Source: Chrysomallon squamiferum
Lineage: Eukaryota; Animalia; Mollusca
DNA length: 64,000 nucleotides
Reading direction: 5' to 3'
Assembly: GCA_012295275.1 (NCBI GenBank)
Contig: CM022674.1
Location: 8,246,001-8,310,000 of the forward strand
The notes under the pieces are model-generated. The model saw only the letters and a list, made by a program, of their open reading frames with translations. It was not told the origin of the DNA and made no database searches. This document shows positions 1 to 14,929 of this stretch, piece after piece. Every line of letters starts with the position of its first letter. Position 1 is the first letter of the stretch. The translations under genes were made by a program, and so were the position numbers.

Positions 1-1660
1 AAAAAGACAAATGAAAATGTCGATGTATGAATTAGCCAATCTTTGAGTATGAAAGAGTCAATCATTGCACAGGAAGACATCACATAGTGTGAAGTTTGAA
101 GTTCCAGTGAAGTCCCAGCTGTGCAAATGAATGACCTGTCCCCTCCAAAGCCTCTATGGTGAAGTTGCAGTCAATAAATCTGCTATTGATGCCCGTAATT
201 ATTGATTGGCTGGAAGCAGCGCTGATAGCAGTAATTACTTGTCGTTAATTATCTTTCCTCTGTGAGATTTATGTTTGGGGTCAAGAAGAGATATTTGGTC
301 TTCTGTGCTTCATGAATTCCATTGGATTCTCGGGACAGAGTATAAACTATGGCGATGTCAAGAGATCTCGAATTATCAAGTCGTTTGTACGGCGGGTAGG
401 ATCCTCATTATAACGCTTTGCTCTCGTGTACTAGTTGCAAAAGTTTACCTCATGATTCGATATTCCAATTTGAGAACGCTTTAACATTTCCAACATTTAC
501 ATTAAATACAAGAACATCGACGGGAGAATGGAGAAATTGAATTACGTTCTGGCGTTAAAACCCGAGTGTATAATTAAGAAGCGATTATAAAACTCTCAGC
601 CATAACCTAACTGGCATAATTACAGCGATTGATCTCTGTGGGCCTGTCTCTATCCCTCATGGCACCACACAGCACATTTGATTGATGGCTTAACTCGTTT
701 TTTTCTCGTTCCAAGCACTATTTCATAATTAGAAAATATGCCATCTTAAGTGCCGCAACTCTGACGTCGGATGTATGTCACACAATTCTCACCCCTCAAA
801 AAACTACAATCCAAAACAAACAAAAAAAAACAACAACAATCGTAAAACATTTTGTGAATCATATCGAGGTAATTTAAAAATAATAATAATAATAACAAAA
901 AAATAAAAAATTTATAATTATATTTTTCTTGTGTTTCTAACAGTCTTTACGTTTAAATTAATCATCGATTTTATTTATTTACAGACAGGTAGGCCTAATG
1001 ACGACTAATATATTTTTAATTTTTAGATTAATCTTTTTTCATTGGTCTTATAATTATTTCATTACAAATACATAGCTGGCGCGTGCCGTAATTTATGTCA
1101 ACACAGATTTCTAAATTTACAGTACAAATGTCTTCATAATACAATGTCACATCTGTAAGGTGAGCTTCCAGTGAAACTTCTTTTTCCAATAAACGAAAAA
1201 AAAAAAAATAAAACGACGGGAAAAAAAAAAAAAAATAAATTAAGATAGGTAAGAATTAAAACGAATTTTGTAGAAAATCATTTACATTTGACAGTGAATT
1301 CCAGATTCAATTTACGTATCACAATATAAAATAATTACACTATTGATACATTCTTAAATCATCCATCCATATTATATTTTATCATTTATGTCTGTTTAAA
1401 AATGAATTCGACGTAAATAAATACATTGCTATAAATAAACACATTTAAATAAAAGAAGGTATGTATATAACACACACACACACAGACACACGTTTTTCTA
1501 TTTATTTATAAATACAAAATAACAATACAAGTAAAAAATGTAAATTTATTACTTTTTCAAATCATTTCAAACCAAATTAAATCTTGACGTGAAGAAAATG
1601 ATTTAGCTTAGGATACAAAATAATGAAATACTTATAACACAACTGTTATGTTACCTGTAT

Positions 1661-1662
<2 letters not shown>

Positions 1663-1740
<78 letters not shown>
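1663..1740. repeat. (TG)n followed by (TA)n microsatellite
   Basis: Read directly from the sequence. Confidence 0.95.
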
Positions 1741-1741
<1 letters not shown>

Positions 1742-2877
1742 TTCCTTTTTTTATTCGGAATTTAATTTTCAGTAAACGTGAAAAGTTTAGCGTCAACAGT
1801 TTAGAAATCTCGCCTAGACGTGCGATGTGTTTGAAATGCGAATAGAAAATAAACTGTACAGCAGTAATTGGCTTGTCAGTAAGAGACAGGCTTTACTCGG
1901 TAGAGACGAAATATTGATGTGAAAAAGAAAAAAAAAACTTATTTTGTAATATCGTTAAAGCTTCGAGGTCAGACTCTCACATAAATCTGTAAAGAAAACA
2001 GAAACCTGCGTGCTTTAACTATATTACGACAAAAGCCGAGTCGAATCACATCCTACCTGCAGTTTTTAACGATGATATACTTGCACGTCAATAAACTTGA
2101 AGAAGTTGAAGAAGAATATCGAGTTATTTTAGGCTTAATACTGGAAAGTGCAGCAAAAATTGATTAATTTGCATTTTCACATTAAAAAAAAAAAATCTAT
2201 TAATTTTTGTGGTATGGCTGTTTTTAGTCACATATTTCAAAACCCATTGCAGTCGTCTATGAAATAGCTCATCTGTTTGAGGCAGACCTTTCTAGAAGGT
2301 GAGTCTCTGTGACACGTCAGACTCATTTTCACGGTCCGTTTGTTGAATACGCTAAAACTCACCCATTCACCGGGTTTCGCCTGTTGTCAGTGCCTGACTT
2401 TTCCGAACAGTTTTGTGTTAAACAGATTTCTGTGTCTGGCTACACGATAAAGATTGTTTATCTAACCAGTGTATCAACTCAACTCAGTGGCTCACTTGTC
2501 TCAACAAGAAAACGAGACAAGAAGATGGGGAGACGAATACACTAAGTGTACACTAGTTCAGATGATAAGCAATGTTGAGTATTAACATTTTTCTTTCTGT
2601 TTCGAGATTCCAGAAACTGTTTTTATGTGTTTTATTTTAAAAAGAAATAAGAATAGTATACAAATAAAACAAGACACGTGTTCTAGATAATGTATAAAGT
2701 GCCACTAACCGATATCATTAACGAATACTAGTAATCAATACTAGTATTAATACTACTTTTAAAAACCACTAATCAGGATCAGTAATAATATCAGTAATCA
2801 ATATGACTAACCAGTGCAACTAACACTAATAAATATTACTAATCAGTACTTCTAACCAGTGCCATTAAAAAATAACG

Positions 2878-4520
2878 TTAACTCAATATCACAAACCATT
2901 ACCACTAACTCAGTATCACAAACCATTACCACTAACTCATATCACAAACCATTACCACTAACTCAACACCAAAACTAATTACCACTAACTCAGTGTCACA
3001 AATCATTACCACTAACTCAGTATCACAAACCATTACCATTAACTCAATATCACAAACCATTACCACTAACTCATATCACAAACCATTACCACTAACTCAT
3101 ATCACAAACCATTACCACTAACTCAGTATCACAAACCATTACCACTAACTCATATCACAAACCATTACCACTAACTCAATATCACAAATAATTACCACTA
3201 ACTCAGTATCACAAACCATTACCACTAACTCATATCACAAACCATTACCACTAACTCATATCACAAACCATTACCACTAACTCAAAATCACAAATAACCA
3301 CTAACTCAATCCACAAACCATTACCACTAAATCAGTATCACAAACCATTACCACTAACCACAAATAACTCATAACTCAATACAAACCATTACCACTAACT
3401 CAAAACCACAAATAATTACCACTAACTCAATACCACAAACCATTACCACTAACTCATATCACAAACCCATTACCACTAACTCAACTATCACAAATAATTA
3501 CCACTAACTCAAAAACCATTACCAGAAACTCAGTACCACAAACCATTACCACTAACTCAAAACCACAAATAATTAACACTAACTCAATACCACAAACCAT
3601 TACCACTAACTCAAAACCACAAATAATTACCACTAACTCAATACCACAAACCATTACCAGAAACTCAGTACCACAAACCATTACCACTAACTCAAAACCA
3701 CAAATAATTAACACTAACTAATTAACACTAACAAACAAACCATTAGAAACTCAACCACAATCACTAACTCAACACCAAATACCACAAACCATTACTACTA
3801 ATCAAACTTCTAAAACCATTACGACTATTTGGCACAAATTTGTAACTCAATACACAAACCATTGTTTTTGCCACTTCAAAACCAAAATAATTAACACTAA
3901 CTCAATACCACAAACCATTTTAAAATTGATCAATTAACTCTTCTTAACCATAAACTCAGAAAACTCAACACCACAAAAATTACTGTAACTCAATTAAACT
4001 CAGTACCACAAACACCACTAACTCAAAACACAAATTTAATACTGTCAATCCACAAACCATTACCACTAACTCAAACCACTGGACAAACAGTGGCACCTCA
4101 AATAATTAAACAACTAAACTCAGTACCATAACCATTTTAAAACCACAAATAATTCCTAACTAAAACACGAACACAACTCAAACCACAAACCAACCAGAAA
4201 CTCAGTAACATCTAACTCAACCCACAAATAATTACCACTAACTCAATACCACAAACCATTACCAGAAACTCAGTACCACAAACCATTACACTCAAAACAA
4301 TTAACACTAACTCAATCTTTAAACCATTACCACTAACTCAAAACCACAAATAATTAACGTTTTCACAAACCATTACCAGAAACTCAGTTCAAAAACCATT
4401 ACCACTAACTCAGTATCACAAATAATTACCACTAACTCAAAACCACAAATAATTACCACTAACTCAATATCACAAACCATTACCAGAAACTCAGTACTAC
4501 AAACAATTAACACTAACTCA
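2878..4520. repeat. 26-27 bp minisatellite CACTAACTCA(A/G)TATCACAAACCATTAC
   Basis: Dozens of tandem units; clean at 2878-3715 and 4370-4520, scrambled in between. Confidence 0.95.
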
Positions 4521-6739
4521 ACAAATATTACTGGAAATGTCACTAACCAGTACCATATATCAGTACTACTAATCAAACTTCTAATATCACTAATCAACAC
4601 TTCTAAAGTTATTTGGCAGTTTGTACTTTTGTTTTTCCTGTTTACAAATACGTATACCGATTTTAGAAAAGTTTGATCAATTACTCTTCTTACATAAACG
4701 AAATCAGCTAAATCTGTAAATTGTCAGAGAAACAGGTTTGTGTAATACAGTTTAATATTGTCTCACTTTTGTATTCATTACTAAACCACTGGACAAGCAG
4801 TGGCGCCTCTAAGTGAACAACTACATAGTTTTAGTCTGAGCATATTCCTATTAGAACACGAACACAAGTAAATACAAGCATTAACATCTCTCAACCACTG
4901 TCATTATATCTGAACGAGAACATGTATGCATCTTTCAGGGTCATCTTTAAAAAGCGATAGGCAGACATCTTCGTTTTCTGCGAATAGTTCAAAATCTGCA
5001 CGTATTCAGTTCCTCACAGAACTCTCTGCTTAGTAAAACAAATAAATAATATAAAAAGTGTATATAGAAAAATCTGTATTACTATTACTGGAACCACAAA
5101 TACTGCAAAAGCTGCCAATATCATACTACTACTAATGCCGATTCTGTTACTGCTATTGCTACTGTTACTGGTATAACTACAAGAACGGTAACAGATTTAT
5201 TTGTAACGAATTTAGTCTGTTAGTTATCTGTAGAAGCTGGTAGTGGGATTCTGCAACTAAGCAAATCACCTTTATGTAAACTCTGCCAGCTGTTACACAT
5301 TGTTACCAAGACAGAGTCAACCTTATATGTTTTGAACGATGCTTTTGGTACAGTCTTTACAGAAATAAATGTCTTGTCTTGAATCATGTATTACTTTCTC
5401 TTTCTCTCTTTTTTTTTTTTTTCTTCTTCTGTTTCATTGCCAGTGTATATGTGGTGTCTAGATGCTCATTTAGCTCTCGATTCAAGTTTATTAATTTTGG
5501 TCCCTGAGAAAACTTTGCCATTACAGCTGTTATTTCGGCGAATGCGGCTGTTTCATATCGACCTCAATCAAAACAGTTCGACCCGTATGACGCTGCCCTT
5601 AAATTATAGTGTAATAAAATGTAACCAAAGTGACCCCTTCCTCGAGCGCTCTTTGGCCACATAACAAGTTCTATTGCTTCATTGTGGGGAAATGATCGCA
5701 TTTCGCTGATCAATATATATTGTGATTAATTCCTGATGCGAATCTCTATCGTGAATACCACACTTACAGAAATGTTGCCAATATCGTAAATGAAAGCGAC
5801 AATATCGTCCACAGTGCGCACTCGAACCCAGTTTGCAGTCTTCTGCTTAAAATTTCTTTTTAATCCCCACATAAATTCTGTTAATAGCATTGTTTCATAT
5901 CTCTGTTTTGACATAAAATTAATTGTAAAGCATCCAGAAGCACTAATATGCATGTATTTTTAAAAATACCCCTCACCAGCACGCAAACTGTGCAAAATAG
6001 GCACACATGCTAAACTCTTACGAAATCTTCACATTCTCGCAGACACATGTAAAATGACACACAAATGAATTTACGTTTGTACATAAAAACACTAAGACAT
6101 ACATAGACGTAAATATAAACAAACATTAATTAAATATTCATTGTTAAAACTGAACTCTCCTCTGAATGAAGTTATTAGAAAGCATACGAAGACGTCTATT
6201 TCGTGTTCACGTCTACTTTCTTAGTAAGTAATTCCTATACAAGTCTAGTAGTTGCCATGTTTTTAAGTAATTTTCAGATAGATTGCGTGACCTGACTATA
6301 ATCCTATTTACGTCTGACGAACAACTCTTTTCATCGACTTACTTCTTGCTCGTCCTTTCAATTTGCTTTATCAGCTGTGAATTTTACTGAAAATGTACGC
6401 TCAAGACAGGGGTCCGTACCATTATTTAAAACACTACATGCATGTATAAGTATGTTCAACACAACCACATGTCTTGTCCACGTTGTTCGTGCTCAAGTCT
6501 AAAGTTAATTCTTAGACAAAAACCGCATCCTTGCCAGGAGCGAGAAGAATGCTTGAAAGCCATTATTCTTCTGTTATCCATCCTTTTAATATTTTTTTTC
6601 TTCGCCGTATCAAACTGAATTTCCTAATGGTATTACTTTTTTCCATCACATGTATGAAAAGACAAGGATTATCGATAAAGAATTTAAATCCCATGATGCC
6701 AATATTGCAACTTTTCATCAGCAAGAATACTTCTAATTT

Positions 6740-7160
6740 TATTTTATTAGAGTCATGCCAAGTTAGCTATAATATTGTGTGTAACGTTCTTCTATGTAAG
6801 CTTCATTCAGCTAATAATTGTGTATTATAAACACTGTATTAAGCTATTCATGCATGCCAAGTTAGCTGTATTCTGTATAAAGTAATTCTATAATTCTATG
6901 TAAGCTAATAGTTATATACTGTATTATGAATACTGCATTCATTATTCATATCAATTAGAGTATGCCAAATTAGCTATAGTCTGGGATCTTCATTCAGTTA
7001 ATAATTATATATCATATTCTAAATTCTATATTAATTTATTAATGTGTGTTAAGTATTTAAAATGCAGCACATGTGTAAAGTGGTATTATAAAACTGTATA
7101 CATTTATCTATTCTAAATTCGTGCTATGATTATACCTCTCTATATCTTTGCTTAAGCTAA
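6740..7160. repeat. Old degenerate repeat (ATGCCAAGTTAGCT / CTTCATTCAG.TAATAATT motifs, ~100 bp spacing)
   Basis: ATGCCAA(G/A)TTAGCT at ~6755, ~6854 and ~6962; CTTCATTCAG(C/T)TAATAATT at ~6801 and ~6988. Confidence 0.55.
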
Positions 7161-10100
7161 CAATTATATATTATTCAGGGAAATTTAGGAATAACACTTT
7201 AGATTTATTAATGATAAACAGATTCAATTTTCTATAAGAGCTTGAGTTAGCTAAAAATAAATATTATTTAAGGATTTATTCATGTAAATTGATAAAGCGA
7301 ATTACAAACATTTAATTAGAATATGTCGAGTTGGATAGATTGCACACACTATAAGAAAATCTACTCACCTGTATAATTAGATAGGCTTATATTATTAGGA
7401 AATATACTTAATGGAATATTGTATACCATGGTTCGTGTAATATCTGAATTTCTATTTCTGATTGTGAGTGTGAAAAAAGTGTCTGTATGTTCAGAAATCA
7501 TTACAGTGTAAGCTGTAAAAACATAACAAGAATCACTTCTGAAGATAATTAAATATATGATTCGGCGAAAAAAAATGGTAATTGATTGTATGCCTTTCCT
7601 TGTGTTTGTACATTTAAATCTCTCTTTCTGTCTGTCTATGTATGTATGTATGCATATATCTGTCTACTTGTATCTATCTGTCCTGTCTGTCTGTCTGTCT
7701 ATCTGTCTATCTATCTGTAAATATAAAATAATGTACGTGATAATTACAGACTAACACTATTAAATATAAATTTATTTTTAAAATGTATAATCTTGTTTAT
7801 TTCAGCTTGCTGTTTTTCATGTTTGTACAGCAGCTGCACACAAATTATGTGTGATTATCAAAATTTAATGTCTTTTCCTTTTTTTTTAAGAAAAAGAAGA
7901 AAAAAGGGTAATAGATTTGCTAATTGTAAGGAAATTATAACTGTCTTTTACGTGAATTTCAATGCAGCTGTTCACTCCATGACACTTCGCATGGACATGT
8001 TCCCATGAAGCTTTTCTGTAATTATAGAAACTTTATTTATTTTTTTCCCTTCTAATTAAGCTGAAAAAAGAAAAGAAATACGTTTACTAATTTTAAGGAA
8101 ATGATCTGACTTTTACGTGCATTTTCATTCAGCACAGGGCTCGGAATATTCCCAAATACGATTAGTTGATAAAAAGACGAGAATCTTTGAGTCTTATTGA
8201 TCAATGCCGACATGAACAGCGAACACATGTACAAAAGGATTACACAAAAATATAAAAAAAATTTAAAAAAATAAAATAAAATAAAATAAAAAAAAAAAAA
8301 AAGTAAACTTAGTAAATAATGCACAAGTTTAATAGAAGTAGCGATACTATGAGGTCGATATAAATAAGTTAAAATGAAATACTTTGGTATATTCTGTGCA
8401 TAAAGCGTTTACTCTTGTGTGCCGTTGTATTTTATATGGGTGCTTAATTTATTACATAATTTTTTTTTATTATTATTATTAGTTAATGGAAGTCTGTCCA
8501 TTTCACTCTTTCATCGTTCCATACTCTTCAGGGGATTTTTCTGAGACTAATAATTCAAATCTTATTCCTAAAAGAGACGAATTTCGACAACAAGCAGTTT
8601 AGCAGATTTAAAACTTTTAAGCTCTTCTCACCTAAGGCTCCTGACGCTGGAGCTGGGCTCGGCTTTGTTTGATATACAACGTTCTTCCGTCTTCAGGGAT
8701 CCATCCACAGCAAATGTTAAATGCTGTGAAAAATGTATTTTCTACAGCAGCAAGTCATACAATATTTGTTACCTCAATACTGAACATAATTAAACGTAAC
8801 TAGTTCTAACGAACTAAGTAAACTCTGTCTAATTGCTGAAATCTTTTGTGTCAGAAGTAAGCAGCGTGTTAGAAAAAGTGGCGAACTGTAAACTCGAGTA
8901 TTAGCGAGGCGAGGCGCTAAATCAGACGTCTCACCCGCCATTTCGCCTTTTATGTTTAACGCAAATGGTTCTTTTGAAAATTAGTGGCCGTTTCAAAAAC
9001 ATCGAATGTGATGGATGTTGGCATCTTTAGAAGATTTTTTTTATAAGTCATATCTGTGGCTAAAAGCAGTTTTTAACTTGTTTACAGGCATGTGTCATCC
9101 TAAAATTATAGTTTTCTAATAATATCGACTTACGTGTGTTTTCATGCACTGCTTTACTTTGTCCTTTAAAAATTATATGTAGTCGTAAAAACTCTTTTTC
9201 TTTAGTTTTCATGTAAGCCATGTTCCTGGCTCCACTGTTTTTCAAATAACTCGTCTTGTTTGTACTGATATTCTAATAACAAATCAGACAGTCTATTGAA
9301 TGCTTGTAATAATAATAGAGATTATATCACAGAATTCGTATACTGTAATCATCCTGGTGTATTTTCTATAAATAAGACTAGTAATGTCTTGTTTATAATT
9401 AACAAAAATATATTCTATTCTATATATAAGTTTGTACTTAGCAGATTTATATATTTAGACTTTAGGTCTACTTAAACCAGTTTCTTAGTAGAAAAAAAGT
9501 TTTTTCGCCCAGTATTTACACTTAATAGAAATATAATGCGTTTATATCAGCTTGAATTTTCTTTTTAGTATAACAAATAAAGGGCAGTCACAGTAGGAGT
9601 TTAAGTAGAACTAACAGAAAGTGGAATTATAGCCAGTTTATTTCTAAACGATACAATAATGTTTTAAAAACTCCGCTTTGCGAAGAATCAATATGAAATA
9701 CCGGACCCTTGTCTTTATCACAAGTTGAAGCAATTCATAAAGTGACGTTATCTGCGCCACATTATCAGCGCTTGCACCCTGTGTAATTGTGTGCCAGACT
9801 TTTTCATTGTGCTCCGAATGGACCGGTTTGATGTTACGTTGAATCACTCGCTTCAGCATCACTGCTTTTATCATTTCATCTCGCGCGCTTTGATGTCTGT
9901 GTTTGATCAGCAGCTTCCACCTCATATGCTCCTTGTCAATAGAGAGTCAGAGGAAAAAACCAACAAACGTACGTTAATACATCACGTTGTGTGAGATGAC
10001 GTATGTTTTAGCCGAGCAAGTGACAGAGATATATCAGCAATATTGCACGCGCTCATATTTTATGTCAACAGTTTATTGTAACTGAGAAATATTTCACTTG

Positions 10101-12000
10101 AAATATGACTTATCTTTGTGCATAGAGGAATCGATGTTGGAGTTCTATTGTTACAGTATTAAAAACATACAATCATTGAATGCAGAGTTGTATTAATTAT
10201 TCTATTCGTGGTTGTGGCGTATGGATATTTGCGTGCACATGTATTCACGCGAGCGTATATATAACATAGACGTGCACTTGAAAAAATCATACTTCTTCTT
10301 TTCTGCCATCAAAAGCAAGATCTAACATCAGTAGAAGTTCAAAAAAAAAGAGAATATTATCTTTAACTTTGGTCTTTTGCGTTTTATAATGATTAAATAA
10401 CGAGATAAAGTTTCATTAAAAATATTCCAAGGCAGAAGCGGAAAAATAAATAAAGGAAGAAAAAAGAAAAAAAAAGGTAGAAATAAAAAAGATTTTTTTC
10501 TAAAGAGCTCTGTGTAACAGAAACTAGCTATCACTGACATACATACAGATCAGATCAAACCGTCATGAACGACAACTACAGTATCGTGTTCATCAAACTG
10601 AAACAAACAACATCGTCATACTGTTGTCGTTATCAAGATGAATACAACAACAGCTTTATATAGTCACAATCAACATGAAACAAACGACAGCGTCATACTT
10701 TCGTCATCATATTTACACTAACAAAATGCAACATCTTTCTGTCGGCATACTGACCGACTTTCTGTAATTACAACGTTCGAATTGCTTTATTTTCAAACCG
10801 CTAATATGCTCTGTCCATATTTAGACGATATGCTGTAATCTTCAGATCCCACTGGTATGAGATAAACTGTGAAAATTTTTGATTACAGTAAATGTCAGAC
10901 TTTATGAATAGCGACACCAGTGTTTTCTGATTAACTTGATTGATTTTAGATGACAAATACTAAAACTTTGCATGTCTTGGTTTCTTAACTAACCTAAGTA
11001 AACAGGCCGGAAGACGGAATAGCTTAAAGTCCCTTGATTATCGACGTTATTCCTTCTTATATGGCAGGCAGGTCATAAAAATATAAAGGAACCGATAATA
11101 AAATTCGATGTGTTTAGTCATGCAAAAAAATTTAGAATCGACTTCCAGTGGCGAATCGCCATTTTATTTCGAATTATTTGCTATTTTATAAGCTAATGTG
11201 ATCGTGCACGAGGCAATGGCTTGCTGTTATGACACCTTGAGAAGATTTGCCGACCACGTCGAGAGATTGTAGGGGCTTTTCAGATCGTCTCCCTTTAAAA
11301 GCAGAATCCAGTATGCAAATAGCTCGGATTATTAGCACGGTTTTATTGTGTTCTTATTGTAGCAATTGCCTACAAAGTGCAACAAGGGGGAAGTAACTCC
11401 TTATTTATACACAATCACGTGAACGTAGTATTGGTAATCAGGCAGACACTTCCTACAAAATTGTTGTTTATTGCTGAATATTTTGACCAACATCCGTAAG
11501 CACAGAACAAAATGTTTCCTTTTTTACAAGTCGATAGCTTACCAGAACAATGGGGTGTTGTAGTTTGCGTGATATTCGCTGAACGGTGATTTAAAAACAT
11601 CATTATCGAAAACCAGTAATAGCCGCGTGTTTCTTCTCTCATTGTCTGTGTTCGTCTTAATCGTTCTGAATATCGCCATATGTCTGATGATTAGAAACTA
11701 CCGTTAGATCCTGTTTTCTAATCTGTTCGTATTATATGTAAATAAAGTATTCAGACACACACACCACAGCAGGTATTCATATATCATTTGTGTTAATATC
11801 TTACACCTGAACGATAAACAGACCGACAAACTGACAGAAAGCGAGCCAGAAAGGGACATAGAGACAGACAGATCAGATAATAGTTTTAGTCGTATAATCA
11901 TTAAATAAAAGATCTCACGCCTTAACGTGGTAAATTAAACATTTTTATTTTGTGTTTAATTAAACGTTTATTTATCATCATGAAAGAGATAACCAACATT

Positions 12001-12004
12001 TGTT

Positions 12005-12036
<32 letters not shown>

Positions 12037-12066
12037 TGTGTTTGTGTGCTTGTGCGTGTGTGTGTT

Positions 12067-12097
<31 letters not shown>

Positions 12098-12340
12098 CAA
12101 ATAAACCTAGAGAACTGTTTTGTACACTGTAAGTAAATCAATTTAGTCTAAATACTGATTAATTCTTGCACGAGAAGAGATCTATAAATCATTTATAAAC
12201 TGTAGTAATACGAATACAAGTAGAGTTTTTTTCTTCATGCTAGCTAGATAAATATCAAAGAGATAAATATAAAGATAGACGACTGATGGGCAATGAATGG
12301 ACGTTGGGTAGAGAGATTATTCACTGAATAGATGAATGGA

Positions 12341-12373
<33 letters not shown>

Positions 12374-12730
12374 GCTAGTACCTATACTAGTACCTAGGTG
12401 GATACATAGTTCACTGATACGGATATTACAAAATAGTGCTTTTATTATTTTCTTACTACAACTATTGCTACTATCACTATTACAACGACTACTACTACTA
12501 ATTCTATTACTATTACTACTATTACTATTATTTCTACTACTATTCTTATTCTATTGTTCTGTTAATACTGCCAGTAAAAACCACAACATTAATAATAAGA
12601 AAACAATTATAACAACAACAATTAGAACAATAACAACGACAACAGCAACAACGACAACAACGACGACGACAACAAGAACAACAATAATAATCTTAATAAT
12701 AATAACAACGGTAACAACAACAAAAAGAAA
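12001..12730. repeat. Compound low-complexity region: (TG)n, (TA)n, (CATA)n, (CTA/TTA)n, (ACA/AAT)n
   Basis: Read directly; explains the poly-Leu, poly-Thr and poly-Val ORFs. Confidence 0.85.
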
Positions 12731-13313
12731 AAGATAATATAAAATACAATAATTTACATTGAAAGTAACGTTCGGCCTCTGAACAAAATTCAGCTGTGAA
12801 AAATATAAAATCAATTAAAATTCAATTATTTTTTTTTTTTTTTTTTTTTTATTTTCGATTTCTGATAGAAATCCTCACGTCTTGATTACAAATATGTGTA
12901 GGAGTCCAGAGTAAACAAGTCAAAGGTCATGCATTGTTTTACAAAACAAAAAACCTTTCTAATATGAGTTATCTTCTTATTTCATTTTGTGCGTGTGGGT
13001 GTTTGAAGGGTGATTCTGTTGATATTTTCCCACGTCGTTATTTAGTATTACAGCTTCCGAAGTTTCTGGTTTCACGCTCAGGAATATTAATTAAACTGTC
13101 AGCAGTTAGTGTGAAGACGTCGACGTATTTGATAATTACATGTTGGAGACGTATCGTGTTACAGCTGTGTCACAGTTCACAAACACCACTTCGGCAACAC
13201 TCTCACTTCCGAAAATTTCCACACGACCAGTATTTTGTCCACTTCCATAGACAGATAGATTATATATATATATGTTGGGGGGGTGAGTCTGTCTGTCTGT
13301 CTGTCTGTATGCA

Positions 13314-13395
<82 letters not shown>

Positions 13396-13474
13396 GTATA
13401 TTTTACATTAATCCAACCATCCGTCCATCCATCACCCATCATCTATCTACCAATCCAAACTGCTATAATATAAT

Positions 13475-14105
13475 ATATTGTACTGTACTGTAGTATACTG
13501 TGCTATACTATACTTATCTATACTGTACTGTACTGTACTATCTATATTATACTATAGTATCTATGCAATACTATACTATATTATGCAATGCTATCCTGTG
13601 CTATCTACACTATACTATACTATCTATAATATACTGTACTATGCTATTTATACTAAAGTATACTATACTATGCTATGGTATACTATGGTATACTATAGTA
13701 TATTATATTATGCTAATCTATGATACACTATACTATACTATATTATGCTATGCTATGCTACACTATACTATACTATATTATGCTATGCTATGCTACACTA
13801 TACTGTATTATATTATACTATACTATATTACGCAATCCTTTGCTGTGCTATGCTATACTATACTATATTATGCTATTCTTTGCTATGCTGTGCTATACTA
13901 TATTATACTATATTATGCTATTCTTTGCTATGCTGTGCTATGCTATGCTATACTATACTATACTATATTATGCTATTCTTTGCTATGCTGTGCTATGCTA
14001 TGCTATACTATATTATACTATACTGTATTATATTATACTATACTATATTATGCTATCCTTTGCTGTGCTATGTTATGCTAAACTATATACTATACTATAC
14101 TGCTT
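13475..14105. repeat. Pentanucleotide satellite (TATAC/TATGC/TATAT)n
   Basis: 5-bp periodicity with longer recurring blocks such as TATGCTATTCTTTGCTATGCTGTGC. Confidence 0.95.
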
Positions 14106-14929
14106 ACCTATAATTCATACATTTATCCATCACTAATCCATTTTCTATGTTTATCAGATATCCATCTATCTACTTATCTTTGAAGAACAAAAGACAACTC
14201 ATGTTCGTATTACTGCACTTTATAAGTGATTTATAGATTTAGTCTGGTCGAAGAATTAATCTCTACTGAGATAAAAACAGATTAACTTTCATGTAAACGA
14301 CATCTGTGTTGTTTTACTGTACAAACAAGTAGGAATATTTACAGCGTTCTTATAAATAAATAAAGATGTAATTAAATACTGAAAACGTTATCAGCTGCAG
14401 TGTATAACGATAACGTCTGTTTTTAATGTTTGATTTAGCGCGTTAGGTCGAAAACCTTTAATCGAAAAAGGAATTTTGAATGTTTTTCGTAAAGCATCAC
14501 TCATATGTACAAAATGATTCGTGTGTTTGAAATCTGCAGAGAAAATCTTTGATGTATCAAACAGTATAATTACTAGAGAGAAACCCAATGCAATATTTTA
14601 CATTTATAATCTTTAGTTTGAAATAAAAAGAAGAAGCTTACATAAGAGTCGTTTATTTGCATTTACTCTCGTAGGGAAAACGAACAACAGTTTTTTTCAG
14701 TTTTCAAAAGGGTAAAATTACAACTTATATATTTCAGAAACAAAATACTGATGAAGAAGAAAACGAAAACAAAATGATAAATTGTAAATAATAAATATTG
14801 AAAAAAAACATACAAACAACAACAACATTAAAAATAAGTATGTATTGAAATACGGGATTAATAGGTGATCGTTGAAACAATTTTAACAACTGCTACAACA
14901 GCTGTAACAAATCCGCATTATCTAATAAT

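Noticed and set aside
965-995. Possible 4-nt microexon TTTACAG|ACAG|GTAGG
   Set aside because: No plus-strand host gene is evident, and such motifs arise by chance in AT-rich DNA.
3481-4600. ORFs with a 9-aa ELVVMVCGI repeat
   Set aside because: In-frame reading of the 27-bp minisatellite.
12934-13473. 179-aa ORF
   Set aside because: Non-ATG start, no motif, and it runs into (TATC)n/(TA)n repeats.
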